A stretch of 64,000 nucleotides of DNA from the human T2T-CHM13v2.0 reference genome, Homo sapiens. Position 1 is the first letter of the stretch. Each line of letters starts with the position of its first letter. Below are positions 22,547 through 38,349 of this stretch, piece by piece. The notes beneath the pieces are model-generated. The model searched no databases, was not told where the DNA came from, and was given only the letters and a program-made list of their open reading frames with translations. The stretch is from NCBI RefSeq assembly GCF_009914755.1, contig NC_060930.1, one strand, 5' to 3'. Both the position numbers and the translations under genes were made by a program.

Positions 22547-25091
22547 ATCCCTGTTTGATGTTCTTAGCACAAGGTGAAAACCTTTAACAACTATTGCTTT
22601 TGTTACATGGGAGAATCCATTCACCCGTCTAATAACTTGTGGCAACATACCATTGTTATCCTGTGGCTGTTGTACCCTATGAAAGCCTACACAAGGTGAT
22701 CTGTGGCTCCTCCCAACTCAGGAAGGAAGGCTCTATTGCCCTTTTGTATCCAGTTTAAAATAACACCAGGACATATTGCATGGGGGGCTTTCCTGGTATA
22801 GGTAGGAGAGGTCTACTGAGCTGGCACCTTGAGCACTGTTCATGTTTATTTGAGACTGAAAGAGAGATGAACCTGGCTGTAGGAGGGCAGCCGCGGCCAG
22901 AGGTTGAGAGACTCGAAGTATCCAGATGGAAGTGGAGGTGGAAATCTGCAGAGACGTCAGGAAACACACCTGTTAGCCACAGGGGCCAGGAGAGGATCCG
23001 GGACTGCGGTGCAGAGTGGTAAGTCTGGAGGTCTCGGGAGTATCCCCACAAGGCCAGGCAGGGAAGGGCATTCTTTCTCAGTGCCAGACATGTGATACTG
23101 CCTCTGGGAATGTTAGTTGGATGTCTGTCTATTCTACTCTGTAAGGCTTCATCTTTTCCTAAATAAGGTGGATTAACTCTTGGATATTGACATAGGGTGT
23201 ATTTACCCCACGCAGAGTTGCTTTCCATTTTCAAACGTGGTTGTTGCTACTTGTTATCTGGTCACACCTTTGCTGAAGAAGTCTTTCAGGAGAAGAAAGT
23301 GAGAGTAAGAGATTAAAAGAATACCAGTCAGTGTTAGCCACTAAGAAGTCCTATTGCATAGCGTCAGGAGGGAGTGAATGAATGCAGAGAACTTTCAACA
23401 TTATGCCCGCCACTTAGAAACACGAATGCGTGGTTAGTGCAGGCACCATTCCCCACAGGGCTCATGACAGTCTTGCTCTGGTTTTGAGACATCACATGGT
23501 ATAGAAAGCAGGTCCAAGCAAGAGATTGGTTCCCTGGCTGAAGTGTCTGTTCTTGACTCACATAATCTTTGAGGATCAAGCTCCTGTGGGCGGCATATCA
23601 GGGCGGCTCTCCTCTGGGCTGCTCGGCAACTTGATCTTCAGCTACTGGCATCCATTGCACCTGCTTTCCCCAGAACCCACAATAGTTTGCTTCTCTCCCT
23701 CTCCCCATTGTGAGAATACTCCAAGTCTTTGGGCTGCCCACAGACCGATGCCTGGCACTGTGTACTCTCGAACGACGGACACGTTCAGCATTCCTCAGAC
23801 ACCATGCAGTGGAGACAGTGGGACTGGGCATATTTTAGAATGCCTTACTGAGTATCTACAAAAACCACCTATAAAAAAGACTTAAGTCATCATAAGCCAA
23901 TAAGATGTGTAGAAACCTTATGGCTATGTTTGCATGTTGATATAACATTCTAATTAAGTATATCTATTATGTGATTGTGAGTTTACCAAATGTATTACAT
24001 GAAAAATATTAATTTGTGGGTCACACCAGCCTCGAGTCCTTTGAAGTCCATTTATATAGAAATGTGGGGACTCCACTGGAAGTGGGAGAGGAAACATAGT
24101 CTTACGAAGTGACAAGCCCAACCCCCAGCTCACCAATAATGGATACAGGGTGACTGATACTTAAGAATGCTTTTAGATGTACATGTCTTTTCCATAGTTT
24201 CAATGTGGCCCACCTATAAAATTCATAAATAAGGAAAACATCTTTAAAAAGTTAAGTGTGGATAGAATCCAGCTATTAGAAGCAAGCTCGCTCTGTGTGT
24301 CTCCGTTTTCTCACTACTCAGGCTCAGAATGGATCTGTGCTATATTCCTGTTCCCTGAGCTTTGCTGATTACAAAGAGATTCCCTTCTCTATCACCACGT
24401 TTTATGGACTGATGCCGCCATGCTTCCCTGGAAGACAAAAAGGAGAAGAAAAATCTCTTCTATGCACTTCACATGTATGGACGTATATTGAGTTAGGCTA
24501 AAATGTAAATAGAGTTTCACTGAGAGAGAAAAGAAGCATTAATTTTATTCCAACATTTATGACTATATGACATATGGACCCCTCTTTTCTCCATCGTTGC
24601 TTCTCCTGTTCATAATAGCAAGGCATTGACTTAAGGTATTTGGCCAACTTCCTCGAAGCTCTTTCTAAGTAGAAACGAGGAAGAGCGAGGTGCATGAATC
24701 AACAGCAGCTCTCCCATGTTGATCAAACAAGGCTGGCATTGCTGCAAAAATGAGAAAGCAGATCTGGGACAAACGCTGGGCTCTATTTCCTCGTATTGTA
24801 TTTTGCTTTGGCAACTTGCAGGCTTAGTTATTAGAGCAGCAGATGTTTTTTAAGACTTACAGGGAAAAGAGCATATCAGATTCCATGCCCATGCCTGTCC
24901 CAAATGCACATGGCAAGAAGGGTTACTTGGAACTGAACACCCAGAGGGGCAGAGGACATATTCAGAGGTCCTTAACAGCACCAAGGGAATATCTTTTCAA
25001 CAAAAAATGAATTTATTCTCAGAGCGGGTCAAACCTCCTTATTCCCAGGTTCATTTTGACCTTTAGCCGCAAGGATGCAATTGTTTCATTA

Positions 25092-25133
25092 AAAAACAAA
25101 CAAACAAACAAACAAACAAACAACAAACAAAAC
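25092..25133. repeat. (AAAC)n microsatellite
   Basis: Directly visible. Confidence 0.9.
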
Positions 25134-25360
25134 ACTCCTGAGGTTTCCTACCCAGAAACCACAGCTCTAAGAGGGGCCCTGTGATTCTCCATCTGTTCTC
25201 TATGTACCTGGGGGGCTGGGAGGACCCATCGTCTCTGCCTGGCTTGGATTCTTGCATCGCCCGAGCATTTGCCTTGAGCATAGCGGATACTCCACATGTA
25301 CCTGGGCTCTCCTGATTCCTTAAGGATACTCCAGGTTTAAAGAATTCTGAGATTCCCCAG

Positions 25361-25952
25361 TGTTGTGATTCTTACAGTTTCTTTCTAATTTGGTCTTGAG
25401 GTGTCTCTCTTGAGAGTGACCCTAAGCCAAGACAGCCATTTTTAGGAGAACCCTGATGTGGGAATTGCACATGTGGGTCTGGTGAGACACAATGAGAAAG
25501 TGAAAACAGAATGCATGAAACAGACAAAATTTATTACTCACAGGTACAGAGAGGTTAGGGGTGCCAGCAGGAGACCAACGGGAAGTTTGCAGGTGGCAGG
25601 GAGCTCAAGTGATGGGTGGTGGGTGAGAGAGAGAAGGAGAGAGAGAGTGGGGACCTGTGGGACTAAGCCATGGACGTGATCCCTTGGGCCTTCCTGTGGG
25701 GGTTGTGGATTGCACATGCAAGGGGAAGAGCTTATTTACATGACTCGGGCTGACCATTATGTTTTATCATGGTCAGCAGCTGTGGGCTTTGCAGAGTTTT
25801 GGGTCAGTGGGATGAAGAACAAACAGGTTTTATCTCAAACAATCACACGGAGAGGAAAAGTTTTAACTAGGCCAAAGGTGACCGGGTACCACTGGGTTTC
25901 AAACAACTTACATCAGGCCTAGAAAGCAATTGTATTAGACAAGTGCATTACA
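25361..25952 (-). mobile_element. ERVL LTR (MER77-like)
   Basis: tgttgtgattctta..tttggtcttgaggtgtctct..ggtgagacacaatgag..tttattactcacagg..; TG...CA termini. Confidence 0.5.
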
Positions 25953-26179
25953 CTCTGTGTCCTTTGATTTAAGCTCTGCTTCGGTGGATGGTATTTTTCA
26001 GGAGAGGAGGTAGACCACATGGCAGGAAGAGGGTGACATTAAATAGATGTGAATAGTACAGTAGAAGGTCTCAGGGGATTTGGGATGTGAAAAACTGGTG
26101 AACCACTGCATTCAAGCTGCAGTTGATAAAGACGGTGCTGTGCTGGCTTCTGTTCTTTGTATTTAAGATTTTGTTTTTA

Positions 26180-29195
<3,016 letters not shown>

Positions 29196-29305
29196 TTTCA
29201 TTTTTATCTCCCATCACCAATGTACTGTTACAGTATGATACTATTACTGACTATGCCCCATAAGGATGACACTCCCACATCTTTGATTGTTTCTGATTTT
29301 GGTGG

Positions 29306-29681
29306 TGTATTGGCCTGAGTTGTGTTCTCCCAGAATTCAGCCTTAACCCTCAATATCTTAGAGTATGACTATTTGGAGATAGGCCTTTAAAGAGGTAATT
29401 TATTTAAAATGAAGCTGTTGGGGTGGACCTATCTAACTGGTATCCTCATAAGCAGAGGAGATTAGGACATGTAGAGATACCAGAGATACACAGAAGAAGG
29501 ACCGTGTGAGAACACAGGGAGATGGCCCTGTCTGCAGGCTAAGCCGAGGCCAGCAAAACTGACCCTGCGGATGCCTTGAGCTTAGACTTCCAACCACCAG
29601 AACTGTGGGAAAATACATTTCTGTAGTTTGCAGCAGCCAGTCTGTGGTATTTTGTTATGGCGAGCCTGGCAAATGAATACA
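29306..29681 (+). mobile_element. MLT1B-like MaLR solo LTR
   Basis: TG...CA termini, tatttggagataggcctttaaagaggtaatt; TSD GGTGG on both sides. Confidence 0.85.
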
Positions 29682-29699
29682 GGTGGCTTTTCTCATTTT

Positions 29700-30075
29700 T
29701 GCAGTAATTGCCAAAATGGCTGCAAATTACTCCCCTCCTTGCAGCTACACTCTTTTGCATTGTGACTTTGCAGCTCAGGGAGGAAGGACTATTCACTATC
29801 ACTTGACTTTGTGGACTTATTCTAGCCAATAAAATGTGCCAGAAATGTCCAGGCTGGGCTTTGAGATGAGGCTTCCCTGGAGCCCACTCAGGCCCCCTGT
29901 GACCAGTGCAGGCTGACTCATTGCCAGTTTCAGCCGGCTGGTGGGCTTCAGGTACGTGAGTGAGCCTGGCCCAGAGCAGCAGCATGGCCTGGCCTAGTCC
30001 AGCCCAAGCTGCTAACCAGATGATTGCTGGAAATCACTAACTCTTGTTGGTTTATTCTGTAGCAAATCTAACTGG
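29700..30075 (+). mobile_element. MLT1H-like MaLR LTR fragment
   Basis: aaaatggctgcaaatt..ctttgcattgtgactttgcagctc..tagccaataaaatgtg..cccagcccaag. Confidence 0.6.
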
Positions 30076-32746
30076 GCTGATTTCCCATTCAGAGGAGCAG
30101 GACAAAGCCAGGTCACGGCTTGTCAATCTATACAACGTAGGTTTCCAGTAAGTGTGAGTATCCTCAACCCAAACCCTGCACCCCCAGGTCAGGAGGCCAA
30201 AGAAGTTGAACAGTGAACTAGTTAGGTTCTGTCTACTTAATTTAGAATAATTTTTCTCATAATTTGACCAACATGCATGAGAGAAGTCCTCAACCTCTGC
30301 CAAATTAAGTGTATCCTATGACTCTCCATCTGAAAACATCCTTTCTGGGGCCAGGGAAGTTTCTTCCATCCCTGTCTTTTGGTGGCTGTGTTGAAGATGC
30401 AATGAGAAGATATTGGTCATCCTCCTTTTCCTAGGTAAATTCTGCCATTTGCCCTCTGAATGCTATCTACCTTCAGAACGCTATCACTTGCTCCTGTCCA
30501 ACGAGAAAGAGTGAGCTTTGTGTCTTGTAGCAAATGCACGATTTGATGAGCATATCTTTGCTCTCACTTTCTGGTTGAGAGCTTCTGCTTTCTGATTTTG
30601 AGGCTAGATTTTAACCGCATCTGAGAAGGAGACTTCTTAACACAGGGCAGTTAGAGAAACGAAGCATGTCCTGTACCAGGAGAACATGTTAAGTGAGTTT
30701 ACTTTTGAGAGACAGAAACTGGACCTAAGGCTGGCTTCAGTTCTTCTCCTTCCACAGAGCTCCCGGAATGTCCCAGAATGTTGAAGCCTGGGGGCTTTGC
30801 CCTTCTCAGTGCTCTGAGGAGGCATTTTCTAGTGTGTGCTCTCTGAAGGATCAGAAAGGTGAGCCACGTGGAGATCACCTGTGGCTGATGTGGTTCACGG
30901 GCTCCTGCCAGGGGCAGTCACTGGTTTTGTCTGCTGTAGATCTATCATCTGTTAGGCACCTTATACATTTTTTTTGAGACAGAGCAGTAAAGGAATGTGC
31001 CCCAGATCATTAAAGTCCTGTGTGTGGGCTGTCTGCGTGGGGGAGGCACTGCCACAGAGGACACGTTGGACGTGACCGGTTCATATGAAAATCCCCTTGG
31101 AAAATGCATGTGGCACCAGATTGCTGGAGTTTTCTCAGTCTAAACAGTTCCTGATGATCTCCCTCCCTCTTGCTTGCTCTTTATATATATCTATATTTTT
31201 TTAAACTGAAACTAAACTGTTATCTACAAAGGAACTCATCAGCGTGCACGCACACACAGCATTCCATCCAATCCCTGCCCTCGCCCACCCACTGTCCAAA
31301 TAAAAACACTTCAAATGTTTTGGATCCAGTTTCTTATTTCCTGTGAGCAGTTGCCGGCATTACTTTACGTGGAGAGGTTTGGTTGTAAGATGAGCAGATG
31401 CCCATGAGCTCTATCCCTCGTAGTAAGTTAGGCCAGCAGGCTGTGAGACTTTGGAGACTGATGCCAATTTTCTTCTTAGAGCATAATCCTGTAATGCTCA
31501 ACAGAAAGTTTTTGCTCTTTTGAATTAAAGCCTTACTACTTTGCCTGATTTGTGTTTGAGGTTTTATATTTTTTTCCTTTAGTAGAGACAATTTAATCTC
31601 AAAATGCCAAGTCCTCTTAAACTTCCCTACTCTGTTGTGGAGTGTGTTTCATCTTAAAAACATCCCAGAGAAACTTGGAAGAGGTCCTTGGGTTAGCGAA
31701 TGCCCTCCTCGCCATCATAGAGACTGCTGAGCACAAGACGAAAAACGCACGTCTGTCAGACTGTTTTACCATCAAATAATGAAGACGTTTGCATGCCATT
31801 TTAGATTTTGCAGCTCCCTACTGCTTATCTTCCGGAGGCCCGTGGCGTCCAGTGTTGGTCCACCAGTTACACTTGGCAGGTGCGAGTGTTTGAGTGTTTC
31901 ACTACAACATTCCTGCCTGCAAAACCTCCTGCTCCGTTGTTCTCCTTAAATCAGTCCCACTTCCAGAGGTTTGATTCCACTCTATTCCCTGGTCTATGGT
32001 GTCAACTAGGAATTTGTTCTCCGTTGTTATTGGGGTGCTTTCCCAGACTCAAAGAAATGTCCTAGATTCCCAGGGTTCTCATGCAGATTCAACCTTTGGG
32101 GAATTTTCTCCTTGAAAGCCTGCGGTGTCATTGCTTCCATGCCTTGTGTGGGCTCAGGAGTCCTTGCTCAGGGACCCTGGGGCGGGGATTCCACCTCCCT
32201 AGGCACATTTCTGCACGTTCCTCTGCAGCCTTGCCCCCTCCCAGGCTCATGATGGTGGGCCCTGCCGCTTTTCCTGCCCTTCCCCACTTCGGGAGTCTGC
32301 CTGTTTTTCCTCATTATCTCTGCCTTTTTCCAACCCCCTAATGCAATCTCCTCCAGAAGGTAGAACCCTGGGAGGAAGAGAGCCAGGAAGGGAAGAGTCT
32401 ATGGGTACAAAGAGTTCGTGCACATGGAACACACGGTACCACATCACTAAGAAAATTAACCTTCCGTGTCTGGATGAGGAAAGTCAGGTGCAGAGAAGGT
32501 AAGTGACTTATAGAAAGCCAGACGACAGATAAACCACAGGCTTCAGTATAAAGGAAGCCTTCTGAATGCAGGTCACATGTCCTTTATAAAGAGGAAAACT
32601 GAACTAAGGTGCTTTCAAGTGTTGAATCCCATGTGTTTTCCAGGATGGAAAGTTAAAGTCTACTCTGTGGAACAGAAACAGGAATTATCTTCTTTCCAAG
32701 GGTGGCTTGACCCATCGGTGACACACTTCTGCAATCTAGTTCCTAG

Positions 32747-33174
<428 letters not shown>

Positions 33175-33766
33175 ACATCTGGCAGGTTTCAATCCCGGCC
33201 TTGCTTCTTGGGTAACAGGTGTCTATTTTCCCTATCTCTTTGTAAAACAGAAAGTGTTGTAGTAAACATTAGTGCTCAGAAAGTAAACTGAAAATGTAGA
33301 TGGATTGCCACTTTGAATCGGAAGCTCCTAAAATCTTCTAGCTGAAGAAAAACATAGAGTTGAAAACTGGATTTGCTGCTTTTCTGGAAAAATAAAGTCA
33401 GTTATAATTTTTTCTATATTATATTTTTAAAAAAGATTGCATATTTTGACAAGTGAAAATGCTGATAGGAGCCTTATAGAAAAGCTGATAATATTGCAAC
33501 AAAATGTATGAATCCTGCTAAGGGCATTCTAGCCTTCTAAGGTTGGACATTTTATAAATGTGGCTAGATATTCAGGCTTATTGCACCATCGCTGCATTTT
33601 TTTCTTAGATTGCTCTCTTCAGAGGAAATAAATTAAAATATACTAATTGTGTTAGAAAAGCCTAAACCTTAAAATTCAATATAATTGTGGTCAAATAATG
33701 CAGATTATGAAATGTGCATGTGAGAGTCCTAGCTCAAGGAGAAGTCGTGCCTCAGTCACTGCCACT

Positions 33767-34380
33767 CGTCCACCCATCCATCCTCCTATCCGCTCATTTA
33801 TCCATCCATCCACCTATCCATCCATCCATCCATCCATCCATCCATCCATCCATCCTCCTATCCTCTCATTTATCCATCCATCCACCTATCCACCCATCCA
33901 TCCATCCTCCTATCCTCTCATTTATCCATCCATCCACCTATCCATTCCTCCATCCATCCTCCTCTCATTTATCCATCCATCCACCTATCCATCCATCCAT
34001 CCATCCATCCATCCATCCATCCATCCATCCTCCTGTCCTCTCATTTATCCATCCATCCACCTATCCACCCATCCATCCATCCTCCTATCCTCTCATTTAT
34101 CCATCCATCCACCTAGTCACCCATCCATCCATCCTCTTATCCTCTCATTTATCCATCCATCCACCTATCCGTCCATCCATCCTCCTATCCTCTCATTTAT
34201 CCATCCATCCACCTATCAATCCATCCATCCATCCACCTATCAATCCATCCATCCATCCTCCTATCCTCTCATTTATCCATCGATCCACCTATCCACCTAT
34301 CCATCCATCCTCCTATCCTCTCATTTATCCATCCATCCACCTATCCATCCATCCATCCATCCATCTATGTGTCTATCCAA
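33767..34380. repeat. Composite (CCAT)n array with ~10 copies of a CCTCCTATCCTCTCATTTAT subunit
   Basis: Directly visible; merges into an L2 3' end. Confidence 0.95.
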
Positions 34381-34500
34381 CAAATAGTTACTCAGCACCT
34401 ACTGTGTACCCAGCAGTATTTTAGGAGCTGAGGTCACACGTCACACAACTGAGTAAAAGAGATAAAAAAAGTCCCTGCTGTATTGGAGCTCACACCCTGG
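34375..34500 (-). mobile_element. L2 3' end
   Basis: caacaaatagttactcagcacctactgtgtacccagc..agtccctgc..tggagctcaca. Confidence 0.65.
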
Positions 34501-36022
34501 GCCAACTTCTGTCTTTGAGCCTCTTCCAGATGAGGCTGATGCCAATGGGAAACTTTCCTCCAAGGGAAGGTGTGCACTTAGTCCCTACACTTTCTCCAAG
34601 TGGTTAGTATTTGGTAAGTTCATAAGTTAGGAAACCTTTATGGTGGTCCCACACTCCTGGGCATACATCAGGAGAGTACAGTTTTCATAACATGCGTGAC
34701 TAATCTTTTGCATTTCTTTTTCTTGAAATCAAGAATATGAAGGCAATTAAAGAACAAAAACCATAGCATGCCCCAAATTACGAAAAGAACTGGCATTTGC
34801 AAAGAATAACATCCTCACTCAGGCCTCATGTTGTAAGTGAGGAAACTACGAATCAAAGACAACAAGCAGCCCTCTGCTTAGCTCAGCTCCCAGGAACCAT
34901 TCTCTTCCCAGAGCACATGTTCTGGAGGGGCCTGGTTTTCCATCTTCTCTGGGTAAGTTACCCGATAGAGCCTTCGCTGTCAGGCTCTGGCTTCTCTATG
35001 TGTGCACTTTTTGCCATTTCTCTGTCTCCTATTCCTGATAATATCGTTTAAGTCAGTTTAGGTGCCAGCCACCTGTCGTTAGTTTCATTTTATTCCTCGA
35101 TGGATCTTGTCTCTATGATTTTCTCATCAAATTTACTTGTTCAATCTCATTTATCTTTGTTTTCCCCTATCCCGCCTTTTGGCAATAAAGCTCACTGCCT
35201 GGCATATAATAGATGATCAATTAATTATTGGTAAATGAGGCAATGGATAGTGATAGATCTTTTATATGTAGAATACTTAAAAATCTTTCTCTTTTTCCCA
35301 GAGATCCTCTGATGAAAGCATAACCAGAGGGAGGCTTACCCTCTACTTGCTCACCTTCTCCCCTGCTGAGATGGCCTTTGGAGGCTCTTCCAGTTAATTT
35401 GCCTTACGCGGCACTGCATCATGTTTCTAGTTAACTGCAAAGCAAATAGTCCATGGCCTAGAGGAGGCCTGCACCCTGGAACAATTGTTGGAATACGCTG
35501 GCCATTTAATATGTCAAGAGTGAAGGAGAAATATTCCTTGTGTGGCTTTGGTGATAAAGTGTGAAAAGGACTGCAAAGCCCGTGTGTCACCGAGGAGAGG
35601 GTCAGAAGAATGTTGTTGGCAGGGCAGAGGCCACTTCTAGATGCTGGTGTGATGGAGAAAATGTAATCAACCATAAGGCCCTTGGGGAAAGTATTGTATT
35701 TGTTTGGAAGAAATATTTTAGTATAAGACTCCCGTGAACATGCTCAAAGACAAAGGATAGTTTCTCAATAGTCTTCTAAGGGTAGGAATGATTGATGAGA
35801 GGGGATTTTGATTTGTTGAGCACTTAGGTAAGTTTTAGTATACACATTTGGGGACAGAAGCCAGGGCAGAAATAAACTGCTCAGCATAAAATGGGAAAGA
35901 GGTGACAAGGAGGCTAATTCTGGGAAGAGAGGAGCCACCTCCTTGCTGGTATGGACAATTTGTAGGTATTGGGCGTTGAGCATCACACACAATCCCCTTT
36001 CTCTGGCTTTGTAATTGCCTGA

Positions 36023-36996
36023 TGTGTTCTTCCTGTCTGCTGCACAAACAAAGACCACAGCATAGCAATAAAGAAAGAGTTTAGGCTGGGCACAGTGGCT
36101 CACGCCTGTAATCCTAGCACTTTGGGCGGCCGAGGCGGGTGGATCACAAGGTCAGGAGATCGAGACCATCCTGGCTAACATGGTGAAACCCCATCTCTAC
36201 TAAAAAAAAAAAAGTACAAAAAGTTAGCCGGGCATGGTGGCAGGTGCCTGTAGTCCCAGCTACTCGGAAGGCTGAGGCAGGAGAATGGCGGAAACCCGGG
36301 AGCCGGAGGTTGCAGTGAGCCACTGCACTCCAGCCTGGGTGACAGAGTGAGACTCTGTCTCAAAAAGAAAGAAAGAAAGAAAGAGTTTAATAGACACAAG
36401 GCCAACCACCTCACGTAGGAGACAGAGTCATTACTCAAATCAATATCATCTCAGGCTCCTGGGTTAGGGGGCTTTCAAAGGCCGTTTTAGGGAAGGGGTA
36501 GAGGTGGCCAGGTAATGAGTGCTTACTGCTGGTGGGTTGGGACAGAGATGAAATCACAGGGGGTTGAAGCTGTCCTCCTGCCCACTGAGTCACTTCTGGG
36601 TGGGGCCACAAGGGTGGGGTTGGTGGGTTTAGGCAGAGCCATCAGGTCCAGGTGGAGCCGTGCGTGTCACACATGCAAAAATCCTGAAAAGATTTCTCAA
36701 CAGGCCCATCTACCACAATGCTGTTATTTGCAGGAGTATCTCCTGACCAGTCCACACCTTGGCAGAACCAGGCTCCTCTCCTCCCCTGCCCTGATGGCCT
36801 TTCATTAGCTTTACAGAGGCTGTAGAACTTGGGGGAAGGGCTATCATCATTTAAGCTCTAACCTAAATGTCTTCTGAAGTTAGCTCAGCCACAAAGCCCA
36901 GAAATAATTAAGGGGAAGACAAGATGGGGGGTGGGTTAGATCAGATCTCTTTTACTACCATAGTTTTCTGTTATAATTTTTGCAAAGGCAGTTTCA
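36023..36996 (-). mobile_element. ERV1 MER4-group LTR (LTR26/MER66-like) interrupted by an Alu
   Basis: gcaataaagaaagagttta..ttactcaaatca..ctgagtcacttctgggtgggg..ttagatcagatctc..tttttgcaaaggcagtttca. Confidence 0.65.
36084..36375 (+). mobile_element. AluY with a short deletion in the right arm and a (GAAA)n tail
   Basis: TSD AAAGAAAGAGTTTA (36070-36083 / 36376-36389). Confidence 0.9.
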
Positions 36997-37183
36997 GCTT
37001 CTCTGCAAAATCTCAGGCAAGTTATACATCACTCAGTAATAATTCCAGGCAAGTGGGTTCTTTTGGAAAGCCTTGAGGCTCTTTGGTCTGTGTCCAGATT
37101 GGTTTTGGGGTGAAAGCAGAATCAGTTCACCTGGACGTAGGAGCTGGAGGATGATTTAGGGACACACCACAAGTACGTTGTTG

Positions 37184-37290
37184 GGCTCTGGTGCAGCATG
37201 CAGGAGAGGCTCTGGTGCAGCATGCAGGAGAGGCTCTGGTGCAGCATGCAGGAGAGGCTCTGGTGCAGCATGCAGGAGAGGCTCTGGTGC
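37184..37290. repeat. 24-bp minisatellite, ~4.4 perfect copies (GCTCTGGTGCAGCATGCAGGAGAG)
   Basis: Units start at 37185, 37209, 37233, 37257 and 37281 (partial). Confidence 0.97.
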
Positions 37291-37604
37291 CTGGAGCCCC
37301 CCACTCCTCCCCACTGGCCTGTCTTCACCTGCCTCACCTGACTTAAGTCCCACACTGTAAGATGATCTAATGGTTTAGCCAATAGACAAGGAAATTGGTC
37401 ACATCTGCGATTCCCAGGGAGCGCTCCACATCGCACAAATGGCCTCAGGGTAGATATTCCGCCACGCAAGGTTCTGTGGGAAGATGAATTGGGGGAACAT
37501 GGGGTTGAAGTAAATGAAAGAGCTCCTTGCTGTGACATTAGTTTGAGCCTTTAATGGGATTCTACGGTAATGTGGCATTTTCCGAACATTTTAACCACAG
37601 TCTG

Positions 37605-37630
37605 GTGTGTGTGTGTGTGTGTGTGTGTGT
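37605..37630. repeat. (GT)13 microsatellite
   Basis: Directly visible. Confidence 0.95.
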
Positions 37631-38349
37631 ATGTTACGTTCACATTTGTGGCTGGTGCTCTCTGGAACATAAACACACCTACAGCAACACTGCTGTAGAA
37701 TGAAGGGGCAGAGCTAGAGGGGCCAATGGGTCCAAAGGGAGGGGCCCAGGGAAGACTCAGCGGGTTCTCTCACCTAGTTTAGACACTCTACCGCAGCCAC
37801 TGGGATCCTGTTCCCACATGGAAGCGCGCCATTCAGATGTGGAAAACACAGCAAAAGTAGCTGAGATAGGCTTTGGCTGGGAGTGGCCCCAGTGGAAGCC
37901 CTGACACCCTCTCCTCCTGGCAGGCCCCAGGCCCCGCACACCTTCTGCCTGCCCCCCGTGGGGCCCTCTGTTCCGCTGCTCTTGGCCTAGGCACAGGGGG
38001 CTACTTTTCTGCTGCTGCTCCTGTATGGTTCCCTTCCCACGCCCCACTAAGGTGGCCTGGCCCTGGACCAGCCTCTCAACCCCCTCTTATGATGTTTGCC
38101 TCTTGAGGGCTGTCACAACCTCATTAGGGCCACCCCATTGATTATCCAAGGATGGGCGCAGGGAGCAGCCCCACCCTGAGCAGGTGGGGCCTTGCTCTCC
38201 AAGGGCCTGGGAGAAAGACAGCTCCTGCAGCCACCATGATGCCACTATGCAGAATCCCCGAGGTTCTGTGGCTTCTGTAGGCTCAGAGCCCTGGACACCA
38301 GTGCCAGGGTCATCGAAGGAAGGAGGAACAGAGTGCGTCACTGAAGGTA

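Noticed and set aside
33698-34424. 229-aa and 236-aa His/Pro/Ser-rich ORFs
   Set aside because: Translations of the (CCAT)n repeat
37122-37538. ORFs with 8-aa repeats (HQSLSCML etc.)
   Set aside because: By-product of the 24-bp minisatellite
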